This document shows, piece after piece, positions 10,431 to 20,780 of a stretch of DNA of 64,000 nucleotides. Each line of letters starts with the position of its first letter. Position 1 is the stretch's first letter. Under the pieces are notes generated by a model, which worked only from the letters and a program-made list of their open reading frames with translations, was not told the origin of the DNA and ran no database searches. This DNA comes from an uncultured Gammaproteobacteria bacterium. GTDB lineage: Bacteria; Pseudomonadota; Gammaproteobacteria; JBGSLN01. Made by a program: the position numbers and the translations under genes. Where the stretch lies: contig CAVVHY010000033.1 of assembly GCA_963748135.1 (NCBI GenBank), positions 9,821 through 73,820 on the forward strand, given 5' to 3'.

Positions 10431-11081
10431 TTGCAAATGACATTGTTGATTTTGGCATTAATCATAGCGAGTCCAATTGTAAATTTTTTTGGTGGCCAAT
10501 TAGCAGATCCAAATTTTGATAAAGTCTTTGCATTATTGCGTAATAAAGAATGGATTATACCTTTACAATTATTTATTTGGACTTGGTGGTTAAGTGCTGC
10601 GCCATTATTTGCCATGCTATTGGCACCTTTGTTAAAAGGGATGAAGATCAGGTCGGCAATATTATGGATGTTAGTAGTCCCGATATTATTATTAATATGC
10701 TATTGCATCATTGATCTAAATTTGAAGTCTGGTTTTAATCAAGCGATCACGTATTTTTTTAAACACAATTATTTAATCTTGATCATTAGCCTTATCGGTT
10801 ATTTATTATTGATTATTTATTATTTTTTTTCGAAACAATATGATACGTATATGCTAATGTTGACATACCAAGATAAGATGCTTGCCAGAAAAGAGCGACT
10901 TCCAAAAAAGATTACTCGTGGTAGTCTGCAGCTTATCATTATCCTGGCCATGCTTTATTTATTGTGCGGCTTGGATTATATTGCAATATTTTATTTTGCC
11001 ACATTTGCGATGGGCATCGTAATTTTTAGTTTTATAGCAATGGCATTGTTTATGGATTTGCTATGTGGGAATAAAGAATAA
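10431..11081 (+). CDS. hypothetical polytopic inner-membrane protein
   Basis: 216 aa, highly hydrophobic, several TM segments. No recognised family. Confidence 0.4.
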   Translation: MQMTLLILALIIASPIVNFFGGQLADPNFDKVFALLRNKEWIIPLQLFIWTWWLSAAPLFAMLLAPLLKGMKIRSAILWMLVVPILLLICYCIIDLNLKSGFNQAITYFFKHNYLILIISLIGYLLLIIYYFFSKQYDTYMLMLTYQDKMLARKERLPKKITRGSLQLIIILAMLYLLCGLDYIAIFYFATFAMGIVIFSFIAMALFMDLLCGNKE

Positions 11082-11172
11082 CCTTGATCTAGCAACGACA
11101 AGGAGATTTTAATTGCCGTTGCTAGGTTGAGCTTATTTTAGTAGTAAAATTTTACTATACATAGTATATATA

Positions 11173-13794
11173 CTAGATTAGTAAAATCTCGGCGGCCTCC
11201 ATGGCCTCACCACCACCCTCCTCAGCAGCGCCTCCTGGTGGTGGTTCTTCACCACTACTAGATGAATCACCCAATTGTAATGAGCCGCCGTTGCCACCGC
11301 CGTTGCCGTTGCCACCGCTCATGGCGGTTGAAGCGGCATCCATCGCACCTTTGGTAACACCCTTGGCCATTTGATCCGCGCGTTTACCTGCCGCTTGAGA
11401 GGCTTCAGACATACCTTTACCCATGGTACCCATACCAGATTCAAAGCCACCTTTGACTTCGCCCAAGGCTTGACGAGCACCCTCACCAATACCTGCGGCG
11501 GTACTGCCTAACCAGCGCATGACTTTATCCGGTATGACATGGATCAAGGCGAAAGCTTGGTTTAACATCGCGATGACAATAGTGACATAGATGATGAGAA
11601 TCGCGGGGATGGCGAATAACCAAGTGACTCCGGAAACATTGACGAATAATGCTGTTGCAACTGCCTTGAAAAAGCCAATATTCAAAATCCAAATTCCAAC
11701 ATAAGACATGATGATGCCACCAATGAAACCTATGACCATCATACTCGGCGTCAAAACAACACTTACCAGGAGCAACACGGCGGGATCAGCCTTGCCTAGT
11801 ACCTCGTGACCTTCAGGGTGTGTAATGCCAAGCGCCACCAATGGTGCGGCAACCATGGCTTCAATTACATTGACATACCAACCAAAGGCGCCAAACAAGA
11901 ATAAAATAAAGGGTATCAATGGAATATAAAATGCCATCGAGGCGCCGGTAACAAATAAGGCCCCAAGAATGGCCCATAATAATGGCACCCACCATAATAA
12001 TATTGAAGTTACAGCGGTTGATAAGGTCGTACACGGGATTGCCCCAAGAATACCGGAGACGGTACCAACACTCACTGCGCCGACTACCCACCAATAGGCA
12101 ATCAGGGCAATAATATTACTACCCATGGTGGCAAGTAACACGACGGGATTGGAATTATTACTTTGGGCGGTAGCTAGTTGCATAAAACTGGTAAAGATAT
12201 TTACCATGGGACCTATGATCGGCCCTAAAAGTCCCTGGATCACGGTTGATGTGACCCCGGCGCCGTAACCACCAACGTTTATACTTGGGGTAGGTGGTTG
12301 CCAACCATGTTGGCCTTTTGTGGGACCAATAGAAGTACCCGCTGATATAAATTTATTAATTTGACTATTAGAATCAAACAGCCCCTTAATGGCATCGACA
12401 TAACTATCAGGTACCCAGGAAGGGAAGTTGAAGTTTTTTAAGTTATTCAGGATGTCAGTATTGCTCGTTGCCATCAGTGGTTGAAAGATTGGGAGGCGCT
12501 GAATACGTGCATTGGTACCGGTTAAATCCTGATAATAACTGCCCGCAGTCAACCAGCCTTGTTTTGATGAGGTTTCTGCCATCGCAATAAAGATTGGATT
12601 GGTTCCACCGCCGCCAACAATGGCACGTTCTAATGGTGTAATAAAAGATTGATAATCAGAGGCAACATTATTGAATAATTGTAATGACAACACATCTGAA
12701 AGATTTTGTTTTCCGCCACCGGAATTACCAAGCTGTAGTCTAGCATTGACCGCCGCCTGTGCCGGCCCTTCCAAATCCATCACCATTTGTTGTATCGCAC
12801 GGATCAATGACATTGTTAAATTATTAATGCTGATGCCACCTATGTTTGGCATCTTTGGTGGTATCGGTGGCCATGATAGTTTGCCACAGATACCTTTCAA
12901 ATTATTGTTACAAGTCGGGTCCGTAATTGGACAAAGTGAAGCATCACCCGGAAAATGTACTGAGGTTTGACTGCGTCGAATGGGGGTGATTGTCGATGAT
13001 AATAATGGTAAAGGTGCAGGCGGTGTTTGCTGCGGGTTATTACGAATAAAATCAGTACGCGCTTGTTGTAATGCATTTTGGATAGCATACATACAAGCCT
13101 CAGAGCGAAATACATCCCCCGCATTTAATGCGACATCTTGCGGGGGCAATAAAGATTGTTCCACCACAACGCCACCGCCCGCTAAGTATTGTAAAGCAGA
13201 GTCCCAAACACTGTCAGCGATACCAATCCCCTGGACGATTGCCCACATCATGAAGATTTGGATCATCGAATAACCGGTTGCCTTAGGTAATAATAAGGCA
13301 ACACCAGCAGCAGAACGAATGGGTATCCACATAGATGACCAACGACGACCCATGACTTCACCCTCATGGGCGGTATTCATGGTAGAAATCAAAGTGGTAT
13401 AGATGATAATAATGCCACCTAGGGCCAAGGCGCCGCCATTAAAAACAGCGAACATATGACCCATGATTTGGCTGGCACTGCCATGCAAAACTCCATCCAC
13501 AACGCCAAAGATATCTTGCAAATAACCAATCGATAAATCTGTGCCTTGACTAATGGCGGGTGGATTTAAGATATTGAAGGCAAATGCCGATTCAGGCAAG
13601 AGACATGCGATGACCAGTGTAACCAGCCCAAGTACGCGCCAAAATACTAATCTTTGGTGGCTTTTTTGTTTTTGGTTTGGAAAGCGATTATCAGCCCATA
13701 ATTTTATTATTGAAAGACACAAATTAACTAAACTGAGGCAAAACTGATTACCTGAAGCTAGCATTTTGGAGCATGAGAGGGATATACATTTCAT
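11173..13794 (-). CDS. dotA: Dot/Icm T4BSS integral membrane protein DotA
   Basis: 873 aa polytopic protein with a large periplasmic domain. Conserved DotA block GVVDGVLHGSASQIMGHMFAVFNGGALALGGIIIIYTTLISTMNTAHEGEVMGRRWSSMWIPIRS. Gly-rich C-terminus. Adjacent to icmV. Confidence 0.8.
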   Translation of the reverse strand: MKCISLSCSKMLASGNQFCLSLVNLCLSIIKLWADNRFPNQKQKSHQRLVFWRVLGLVTLVIACLLPESAFAFNILNPPAISQGTDLSIGYLQDIFGVVDGVLHGSASQIMGHMFAVFNGGALALGGIIIIYTTLISTMNTAHEGEVMGRRWSSMWIPIRSAAGVALLLPKATGYSMIQIFMMWAIVQGIGIADSVWDSALQYLAGGGVVVEQSLLPPQDVALNAGDVFRSEACMYAIQNALQQARTDFIRNNPQQTPPAPLPLLSSTITPIRRSQTSVHFPGDASLCPITDPTCNNNLKGICGKLSWPPIPPKMPNIGGISINNLTMSLIRAIQQMVMDLEGPAQAAVNARLQLGNSGGGKQNLSDVLSLQLFNNVASDYQSFITPLERAIVGGGGTNPIFIAMAETSSKQGWLTAGSYYQDLTGTNARIQRLPIFQPLMATSNTDILNNLKNFNFPSWVPDSYVDAIKGLFDSNSQINKFISAGTSIGPTKGQHGWQPPTPSINVGGYGAGVTSTVIQGLLGPIIGPMVNIFTSFMQLATAQSNNSNPVVLLATMGSNIIALIAYWWVVGAVSVGTVSGILGAIPCTTLSTAVTSILLWWVPLLWAILGALFVTGASMAFYIPLIPFILFLFGAFGWYVNVIEAMVAAPLVALGITHPEGHEVLGKADPAVLLLVSVVLTPSMMVIGFIGGIIMSYVGIWILNIGFFKAVATALFVNVSGVTWLFAIPAILIIYVTIVIAMLNQAFALIHVIPDKVMRWLGSTAAGIGEGARQALGEVKGGFESGMGTMGKGMSEASQAAGKRADQMAKGVTKGAMDAASTAMSGGNGNGGGNGGSLQLGDSSSSGEEPPPGGAAEEGGGEAMEAAEILLI

Positions 13795-14241
13795 TTACTT
13801 TCTACCCAATAGGCCGTTGTTAAACCATTCACGAAAGGTTACACCGAGTTTTCGCTGTTTCATTTGATAATACCAAAAATGATTGCGGTAAAATTGTGCA
13901 AGCGCAATAAAGGCAATCACCGCAGCTAAAAATCCCGCTCGAAAATGGTAACCAACAAAAAGAAATATTGCGTAAGCCAAGATCAAGATAAAGATAATTA
14001 AAAATAGATAAGCGATGCGTCGAAAATAAATTTGGCGTTGCCTAAGGGCTGACTCGGATAAATTAAGTCGTTGTACGGCAGTTTCAAAGTTTTCTTTTAT
14101 TTCAGCTTTTCTGGGAATAAATATACGTTTGATGATTTCAAAAAGAGAATTGGAATACTCAGTCGTTCTTTCTATATGCATCCAGCGAGGGACGTCGACT
14201 AAGAATTTTGCTGCTTTGCCTGTGGATTTGATAATTCCCAT
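13795..14241 (-). CDS. icmV: Dot/Icm T4BSS small inner-membrane protein IcmV
   Basis: 148 aa with one strongly hydrophobic TM (LFLIIFILILAYAIFLFVGY). Immediately upstream of and abutting dotA. Divergent from icmW, as in Legionella/Coxiella loci. Confidence 0.55.
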   Translation of the reverse strand: MGIIKSTGKAAKFLVDVPRWMHIERTTEYSNSLFEIIKRIFIPRKAEIKENFETAVQRLNLSESALRQRQIYFRRIAYLFLIIFILILAYAIFLFVGYHFRAGFLAAVIAFIALAQFYRNHFWYYQMKQRKLGVTFREWFNNGLLGRK

Positions 14242-14337
14242 TTATATTACCCCAAAAGCATGAATATAATGGATCCATGATATCAGAGTTTATACACTTT
14301 AGACAAGGTATATAGCCTCTGATGGGTGCTATCAAGC

Positions 14338-14609
14338 ATTTATAATAAAGATAGGACTTACGCAAAACGCGCTATGCTTTGTTAAAAACTCGCTCAAAAT
14401 GCTCATTTATTATATATAAACTGCGCTTTTTCGCTCATTTTTGCCTCGCCTAGCATCGTTTTTCGTAAGTCCTATTTATAATAAAGATAGGACTTACGAA
14501 AAACGCGCTATGCTTTGTTAAAAACTCGCTCAAAATGCTCATTTATTATATATAAACTGCGCTTTCTCGCTCGTTTTTGCCTCGGCTAGCATTGTTTTTC
14601 GTAAGTCCT
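14338..14609. repeat. two tandem copies of a 136-bp unit in the icmV-icmW divergent intergenic region; a perfect 35-bp palindrome at the unit junction
   Basis: Unit 1 (14338-14473) and unit 2 (14474-14609) are about 95% identical. The junction palindrome is cgtaagtcctat-ttataataaag-ataggacttacg (14464-14498). Each unit carries a ttgtta...tatata promoter-like stretch. Confidence 0.85.
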
Positions 14610-14698
14610 AAAAGGGTATAGATCTTGGATTTTATAGGTAATAGCAATTATACTTTCAACATAAGGATAACTTTTATTATTAAATTACGAGAGACACT

Positions 14699-15160
14699 AT
14701 GCCTGATCTAAGCAGCAAAGCAGTACATCAATTTTGGCATGATTATCCAGATAAGATGATCTATCGGGTGATCGCCTTTCTGGAAGGGGTTGAACAATGG
14801 ACCCATGATGGTGACCCAGAGTTAGAGAGTGCGCTTCGCGATTTGGGTACGGAATTAGATGATATTGGCAAGATTGATATGAGTAAGCTCAATCAGGAAG
14901 ATTTATTTATCAAGATCGCGAACATCATCAGTTCTGGGCGTGCATTAAGGTTGCTACAGGCGATCGATACAGTACATCCGGGTTCGGCGTCAAAATTATT
15001 AATCTATGCTGAAGAGACTAGTCTAAGTCCGGATGATCCTGCAGGCTTATTCCTGCGCCGCAATATTGTTTTTGAACGCTTACGTTTATTGGGCAGGGTT
15101 TTCTCGGCTGAGCGTTTGGCCCTAGTGATGAAGGCGCTTGAAGGAGAGGAGCATGTTTAA
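14699..15160 (+). CDS. icmW: Dot/Icm T4BSS effector adaptor/chaperone IcmW
   Basis: 153-aa acidic cytoplasmic protein. MPDLS...IYRVIAFLEGVEQW...LRLLQAIDTVHPGSAS...ERLRLL matches my recollection of IcmW. Position between icmV and icmX. Confidence 0.75.
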   Translation: MPDLSSKAVHQFWHDYPDKMIYRVIAFLEGVEQWTHDGDPELESALRDLGTELDDIGKIDMSKLNQEDLFIKIANIISSGRALRLLQAIDTVHPGSASKLLIYAEETSLSPDDPAGLFLRRNIVFERLRLLGRVFSAERLALVMKALEGEEHV

Positions 15161-15830
15161 AGACGGCTTGAGCGGCCTTGTGTTAATAATTACGCTTTTT
15201 GCCAGCTTTGGCAATATTGCCAATGCCCAAGATGAAACATCGACTGACTCTGCAGCGATAGCCTCCCAAGGGCAAGGTCAAGTTGATGAGTTAGATCAAT
15301 ATATTCAAGGCCTACAAGATAAGTTATCAAATCTGCAGCAATCTGCAGGAAATCAAGGGGCCTCTGCACCGAAACCAGAGACAGCAAACCCTGAACAAGA
15401 TGGCCTTGCTGGAAGTTCGTCGACCCAAACACCTACACAAACGCAAACCCAGACTCAACCCCAAACTCAAACATCGACTCAATCAGCGCCCTCAATATGG
15501 ACCACACCACCGGCGAAGACTAATCAAGGGCAAAAAACAGCGGGTCAAAGACCCATCCAAAATAATGCCCGGGAAGAGCCAGGTGGGATTCAATACCAAC
15601 CAACAAATCCGAAGCAATTCTTACGTTCCAATCCCTGGAAGGCTACACCAAGTCCGTGGGCCCCGAGGCCTTTGTCACAACAGTCCAAGGGTGGGCAAGC
15701 GGGCTCAACTCAAGGTGCAGGGACTCAAAATAGCAGTCAGCAAGGGCAACAGCAACAACGGCCGGTCACGCCAAACATCTTTGGCCCAGGCCCACAACAA
15801 CAAGCGCCAGCGGTGAATATTTATCAATGA
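15138..15830 (+). CDS. icmX: probable IcmX-like secreted periplasmic protein (short, T/Q-rich low-complexity)
   Basis: Signal peptide. Overlaps the icmW stop. Positional equivalence to icmX. Only 230 aa versus about 460 in L. pneumophila, with a TQTQTQ low-complexity region. Homology not verifiable by eye. Confidence 0.4.
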   Translation: MKERSMFKDGLSGLVLIITLFASFGNIANAQDETSTDSAAIASQGQGQVDELDQYIQGLQDKLSNLQQSAGNQGASAPKPETANPEQDGLAGSSSTQTPTQTQTQTQPQTQTSTQSAPSIWTTPPAKTNQGQKTAGQRPIQNNAREEPGGIQYQPTNPKQFLRSNPWKATPSPWAPRPLSQQSKGGQAGSTQGAGTQNSSQQGQQQQRPVTPNIFGPGPQQQAPAVNIYQ

Positions 15831-15857
15831 TCGGCCGATGAAATCCATCAAAAAACT

Positions 15858-15880
15858 AGCACTCTCAGCCTAAGAGTGCT
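15858..15880 (+). terminator. possible stem-loop terminator after icmX (gcactct-cagccta-agagtgc, then taaaat)
   Basis: 7-bp stem with an A/T tail immediately downstream of the icmX stop and upstream of rpoH. Confidence 0.3.
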
Positions 15881-15913
15881 AAAATGATAGCGGAAATTGG
15901 AGGTATAGCTAAC

Positions 15914-16786
15914 ATGACCGCAAACAGTTTACTCATCCGTGAAGCAACACTGCCGCTAGGTAGTTTGGAAGCTTATATTCATTGGGTTAATCAAATCCCA
16001 ATGCTAAGTCATGAAGAAGAGATTCAACTTGCCGAAGATTATTTGCAACAAGAAAATCTTGAGGCAGCGCGCAAACTTGTAATGGCGCATCTGCGATTTG
16101 TAGTGCGCGTAGCTCGAGGATATTCGGGCTATGGTTTAGCGCAAGCAGATTTAATCCAGGAAGGCAATATCGGTTTGATGAAGGCGGTAAAGCGGTTTGA
16201 TCCAACCATGGGGGTGCGATTGGTTACCTTCGCCGTGCATTGGATCAAAGCCGAAATCCACGAATTTATTTTACGTAACTGGCGTATCGTCAAAGTTGCC
16301 ACCACTAAAGCACAACGCAAGGTTTTCTTCAATCTGCGCCGCGCCAAGAAACGTTTAGGTTGGTTCACTCAAGCTGAAGTCAATGCCGTGGCTAATGATT
16401 TAGGTGTTAAACCGGAAGTTATTCAACAGATGGAAGCCAGGATGGAAGCCTATGACATGGGTTACGATGCTCCGGATCAAGATGATGACAGTGAATATCA
16501 CCAAGCATTTGCACCGGTACATTATTTGGAAGACAAACGCTACGATCCCGCACAAATGGTTGAAGACAAGGATTGGAGCGACCAAGGTCTACAACAATTG
16601 GGACAGGCCTTAGCGACGCTAGATGAACGCAGCCAAGACATTTTGCAACAACGTTGGTTGGTAGAGAAAAAGACTACTTTGCAAGACTTGGCGGCCAAAT
16701 ATAAAGTATCAGCTGAGCGCATCCGCCAACTCGAACAAAATGCCTTAAAGAGATTAAAGGCAGCAATTGAATTGCAAGATCAATAA
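15914..16786 (+). CDS. rpoH: RNA polymerase sigma-32 heat-shock factor RpoH
   Basis: Sigma-70 regions 2-4 with the RpoH-box QRKVFFNLR. Likely start is the ATG at 15914 (MTANSLL) preceded by a GGAGG ribosome-binding site. Confidence 0.85.
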   Translation: MTANSLLIREATLPLGSLEAYIHWVNQIPMLSHEEEIQLAEDYLQQENLEAARKLVMAHLRFVVRVARGYSGYGLAQADLIQEGNIGLMKAVKRFDPTMGVRLVTFAVHWIKAEIHEFILRNWRIVKVATTKAQRKVFFNLRRAKKRLGWFTQAEVNAVANDLGVKPEVIQQMEARMEAYDMGYDAPDQDDDSEYHQAFAPVHYLEDKRYDPAQMVEDKDWSDQGLQQLGQALATLDERSQDILQQRWLVEKKTTLQDLAAKYKVSAERIRQLEQNALKRLKAAIELQDQ

Positions 16787-16821
16787 TTTTTATTATCAAT
16801 TAAGACTATATAATCCACAAT

Positions 16822-16851
16822 ACATACAGCCGATTCAGATCGGCTGTATGT
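16822..16851. terminator. bidirectional hairpin between rpoH and a convergent small ORF (catacagccgat-tcag-atcggctgtatg)
   Basis: Perfect 12-bp stem with a 4-nt loop, 35 bp after the rpoH stop. Confidence 0.5.
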
Positions 16852-16869
16852 GTATGATTAATTGTGTTT

Positions 16870-17040
16870 CTATGCTTCTGTGTGGGTTTTTGCTAATGGG
16901 GCTGTTGCCTTATATTCAGCAATTATTTTAGCGCGCTGGGCAATTCGATGATACAAACCTGATCGTACTTCGTTATCGTTAGATTTGTTACCGACTCGTG
17001 TGGTGAAATGCTTATTTAGGCTTGAAGCAGTCGTATTCAT
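16870..17040 (-). CDS. small hypothetical protein (56 aa; basic)
   Basis: ORF below the track threshold (MNTTASSLNKHFTTRVGNKSNDNEVRSGLYHRIAQRAKIIAEYKATAPLAKTHTEA). Convergent with rpoH. No family recognised. Confidence 0.25.
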   Translation of the reverse strand: MNTTASSLNKHFTTRVGNKSNDNEVRSGLYHRIAQRAKIIAEYKATAPLAKTHTEA

Positions 17041-17221
17041 GATATGTCACCTCTATAGTATTGAGATATTTTGTACAATAGCAATACGCTATGTGCACTG
17101 CTTCATCCATGTATTATTGTCCGATATTTATTCCATTACATAATTAATTTCAAACTAGATAGTACCATAATTTGCAGATGAATATAAGCATTGATGTTTA
17201 GTCTTTACAGAACTAAAATGG

Positions 17222-17470
17222 TTGCAGAAAAATATGTCATGGAGTTATAGGATTATGGCTATATTAACGAGTTTGCGACGTTTATTTAGGCGCGATTTAT
17301 TAAGCTTATATAAGAGTGATGCCGATAAGTTTTTAGCTGAGTTTGATAAGCAGCATCCAAAAAAATCTAAGTCGCAATTACATGAAATTGCAAAAGCGAA
17401 GCATATTGCTGAATTACGTGATGAGCCTCATCCCAAAGATAAAGACTCCAAGATTTGGGAAGGTTTTTAA
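17222..17470 (+). CDS. small hypothetical protein (82 aa; charged)
   Basis: ORF only. No recognisable motif. Confidence 0.25.
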   Translation: MQKNMSWSYRIMAILTSLRRLFRRDLLSLYKSDADKFLAEFDKQHPKKSKSQLHEIAKAKHIAELRDEPHPKDKDSKIWEGF

Positions 17471-17497
17471 ATAGGTGAAATATATTCAATAATGAAC

Positions 17498-18316
17498 TCA
17501 GGCCTTCATAAAATCGACAATCAAGGGATAATGATCAGAGTCCCCTTCGTGCAGGATTTGCACTTTTGTTGGCCTTAAATTGCGACTGCAAAACATATGA
17601 TCTAAACGTTCACTTAATGTCACAGGGCCTAATTTCCATTTCCAGGTGTAGCTGGTTACTTGCTGATTGATTAAGACATCAATAAAACCATGTTTGCGGA
17701 AAAACTTAGCGGCGTAACCTTGATTCCCTTCATTAAAATCACCTACGATTATTGTTGTTAATCTTGGATTTAATCTCTGATAATAGAATTTTACTTCTTT
17801 CAAACGAGTCATTGGCGCTGCAAAATAACCGCTTAGTAAAAAGCCCATCTTGCCTTCGGCTACAAGCGGCGGTTGTAAATGAAGGTTAGCAAATTGAATT
17901 TTGCCAATAGATGTCTTAATAATCATAATCCAGCCAGGATGCCAACCAATACCTGGGTATCCATAATAGGTAGTATGAAAAGGGAATTTTGATAATACAG
18001 CCAGACCACTAGCCCCAGGATAATGACGGAATTTAATATATGGATAAATCGTGCGCAAGCGAGGTGTTATTTTATGTTGCCACTCTGGTGTTGTTTCTTG
18101 CAAAAAGACGATATCTGCGTTGGTTTTACGGATCGCGTTTATTGTTTTATAAGGTGCAGTAAGAATCCAGTCACTTTTGCCCCAGTTAATATTAAAGGTT
18201 ACAATACGCAATTGACCGGGTGTCTTTGCCTTTAAATGGTTATTTGCATGCAAGGTTGAACAGGCGCTAATGATACCAGCGAGTATAATTATTATTATCG
18301 GATAAAATTTTTTCAT
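17498..18316 (-). CDS. endonuclease/exonuclease/phosphatase (EEP) family lipoprotein
   Basis: 272 aa with lipoprotein signal (ILAGIISAC). Motifs LRIVTFNINWG, DIVFLQE and C-terminal GDSDHYPL are typical of the EEP fold. Confidence 0.65.
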   Translation of the reverse strand: MKKFYPIIIIILAGIISACSTLHANNHLKAKTPGQLRIVTFNINWGKSDWILTAPYKTINAIRKTNADIVFLQETTPEWQHKITPRLRTIYPYIKFRHYPGASGLAVLSKFPFHTTYYGYPGIGWHPGWIMIIKTSIGKIQFANLHLQPPLVAEGKMGFLLSGYFAAPMTRLKEVKFYYQRLNPRLTTIIVGDFNEGNQGYAAKFFRKHGFIDVLINQQVTSYTWKWKLGPVTLSERLDHMFCSRNLRPTKVQILHEGDSDHYPLIVDFMKA

Positions 18317-18401
18317 ATCAAATAAGGCATTAATCTCTTTATTATTTTTAAATCATAAAACAACTGTGATCTGTTTTCGCTTATGTTATAGTTAATTCCT
18401 T

Positions 18402-19199
18402 TTGACATCTACAGTAATAATGATCAATATCAATAATATTTCCAAAACATTTGACGATGGACAGTCATATGTCGTTAACCATGTCTCACTCACTATCTCA
18501 GAAGGTGAAATCTTAGTCATCCTTGGTTCATCCGGTTGCGGTAAAACAACTACCTTAAAAATGATCAATCGTTTGATCGAGCCCACAAGTGGCAGTATAG
18601 AAATCGAAGGTAAAGATATTAGAACATACAATGTCGTCAATTTAAGACGATCTATTGGCTATGTATTTCAACGCGGCGGTTTATTTCCTCATATGACAGT
18701 TGCAGAAAATATTTCCATAGTATTGCGCTTGAATAAAAGGCCTAAAGCAGAACGCGAGGCACGCGCAATCGAATTGTTAAAGCTAATTAATTTACCAACA
18801 GATTTTGCTGATCGCTTTATCTCTGAATTATCGGGTGGCCAACAACAACGGATTGGTGTTGCGCGCGCCTTGGCTAACGATCCAAAAATATTATTAATGG
18901 ATGAGCCATTCGGTGCCCTGGATTCTATTACGCGCAGTGCCTTACAAGAAGAGATTTTGCGATTGAACACAGAATTACGCAAGACGATTGTCTTTGTTAC
19001 CCATGATATCTTTGAAGCCTTACGTATAGCCGACCGAATTGTAGTGATGCATCAAGGTCGAATTGAGCAAGTCGGTACCAAGGCAGAAATATTGCATAAG
19101 CCTGCTACGGAATTTGTCGCCGGCTTATTTGAAGCACAAACAAAACATATAACCGAGTATATGCAAGATTTAAAAAAGATTACTACAGATGATAGCTGA
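18402..19199 (+). CDS. ABC transporter ATP-binding protein (osmoprotectant/quaternary-amine uptake type, OpuCA-like)
   Basis: Walker A GSSGCGKTT, ABC signature LSGGQQQR, Walker B ILLMDEP, H-loop. Start may be the downstream Met (MININNISK). Confidence 0.8.
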   Translation: MTSTVIMININNISKTFDDGQSYVVNHVSLTISEGEILVILGSSGCGKTTTLKMINRLIEPTSGSIEIEGKDIRTYNVVNLRRSIGYVFQRGGLFPHMTVAENISIVLRLNKRPKAEREARAIELLKLINLPTDFADRFISELSGGQQQRIGVARALANDPKILLMDEPFGALDSITRSALQEEILRLNTELRKTIVFVTHDIFEALRIADRIVVMHQGRIEQVGTKAEILHKPATEFVAGLFEAQTKHITEYMQDLKKITTDDS

Positions 19200-20742
19200 G
19201 TTAACAAATTTTTTGAGTGCTAATGCACCACAATTAAAGATCAAATTGATAGAGCAAAGCTATCTGGTCGCGCTATCAACCGGGCTTGCCTTGCTGATAG
19301 GTATCCCGTTAGGAATCTTATTAACACGCACACCAAGAGTTAAAAATTTTGTAATGAGTTTGATAAGTGCCTTATGGACTGTCCCGAGCTTGGCATTACT
19401 GGCATTTTTTATTCCATTCTTAGGGATCGGCATCAAACCAGCAATTATTACGCTGGCGATTTATGCATTATTGCCAATCTTACGCAACACAGTAACAGGT
19501 TTAGAGGGTGTACCAGATGCCAGTATCGAAGCTGCCTACGGATTGGGTTTTACGAATTGGCAGCGGTTATGGATGGTGGAATTACCATTAGCATTACCCG
19601 TCATGATTGCAGGTATACGTACCGCAGTATCGATAGGTGTCGGTGTGGCAACCTTGGCGGCATTTATTGGTGCCGGTGGTTTGGGTGATTTTATTAACCA
19701 AGGGCTTGCGCTAAATAATACAGATTTAATTTTATTGGGTGCAATCCCTGCTGCTATTATGGCCTTGGTATTAGATTTTATAATCGGTCAAATTGAAAAG
19801 GCAATACAAACCAAACACATTAAACGCAGTAAAGGCGAAAAGATAAAGCTTACCTGTCTTATTATAATCATCGTTGGTGCATTTGTTTTTTTAGCTCAAA
19901 ACGCCGTGGCAAACTATCTCATGGATCGAGGTGATACAATCCGTATTGCGAGTAAAAATTTCACTGAATCAATGACCCTAGCCGAGATGATGACGCAATT
20001 AATCGAAGCCAAGACCAAGCTCACAGTTATTCCAAAATATAACCTTGGTTCAACATCTATTTGCCAAGCAGCATTATTAAATGGCCAAATCGATATGTAT
20101 CCTGAATATACCGGTACCGCTTATTTGATGGTGCTGAAATTAAAAGACCCTAAAAGTCCGCAACAGGTTTATCAGGCAGTTAAAGATAACTATAAAAAGC
20201 GATTTAATTTGATTTGGTTAAAGCCATTCGGTTTTAACAATACTGAAGCGATTATTGTGCGCCAAAGCTTTGCCAAAAAATTTCAATTAACGGATATTAG
20301 TGATTTAATTCCCATTGAAAAACGATTAATTATCGGTGCCCCAGCGGAATTTATGAAACGTCCCGATGGTTTTATTGGGTTAAAGGATACTTACCATTTA
20401 CAATTTGGCAAGGTAAGACAAATGGATCCCGGTTTAATGTACGAGGCGATCAAATCTGGCGCCGTAAACGTCATTGCTGGGTTCTCAACGGATGGTAGAA
20501 TACCCGCATATCATTTGGTGGTATTACGCGATGATAAACATTTTTATCCACCCTATTATGCAGCGCCGATCATTCGTGGAGATGTATTAAAGGCCCATCC
20601 TGAGATTAATAAAGTCTTGCAATCCTTATTTGGTACCATCGATGATGCCACTATGCAACGATTAAATTATGAAGTCGATATTGAAAAGAAATCTCCCGCA
20701 CAAGTGGCGCGAGAGTTTTTGATGCAAAAGGGTTTGCTGTAA
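19189..20742 (+). CDS. ABC transporter permease fused to substrate-binding domain (glycine betaine/choline family)
   Basis: N-terminal 5-6 TM permease with EAA-like motif (EAAYGLGFTNWQRLWMVELP). C-terminal about 300 aa periplasmic-binding-like domain. Overlaps the ATPase gene. Confidence 0.75.
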   Translation: MIAELTNFLSANAPQLKIKLIEQSYLVALSTGLALLIGIPLGILLTRTPRVKNFVMSLISALWTVPSLALLAFFIPFLGIGIKPAIITLAIYALLPILRNTVTGLEGVPDASIEAAYGLGFTNWQRLWMVELPLALPVMIAGIRTAVSIGVGVATLAAFIGAGGLGDFINQGLALNNTDLILLGAIPAAIMALVLDFIIGQIEKAIQTKHIKRSKGEKIKLTCLIIIIVGAFVFLAQNAVANYLMDRGDTIRIASKNFTESMTLAEMMTQLIEAKTKLTVIPKYNLGSTSICQAALLNGQIDMYPEYTGTAYLMVLKLKDPKSPQQVYQAVKDNYKKRFNLIWLKPFGFNNTEAIIVRQSFAKKFQLTDISDLIPIEKRLIIGAPAEFMKRPDGFIGLKDTYHLQFGKVRQMDPGLMYEAIKSGAVNVIAGFSTDGRIPAYHLVVLRDDKHFYPPYYAAPIIRGDVLKAHPEINKVLQSLFGTIDDATMQRLNYEVDIEKKSPAQVAREFLMQKGLL

Positions 20743-20780
20743 ATTGATATCGCAAGTTGTGCCAACACGCATTTGGCGCT

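Noticed and set aside
14242-14698. PmrA-type direct repeat (cTTAATatT-N2-cTTAATatT) upstream of icmV/icmW
   Set aside because: Looked for it because Legionella icmV/icmW are PmrA-regulated. No convincing match found. The region is instead dominated by the 136-bp duplication and its palindrome.
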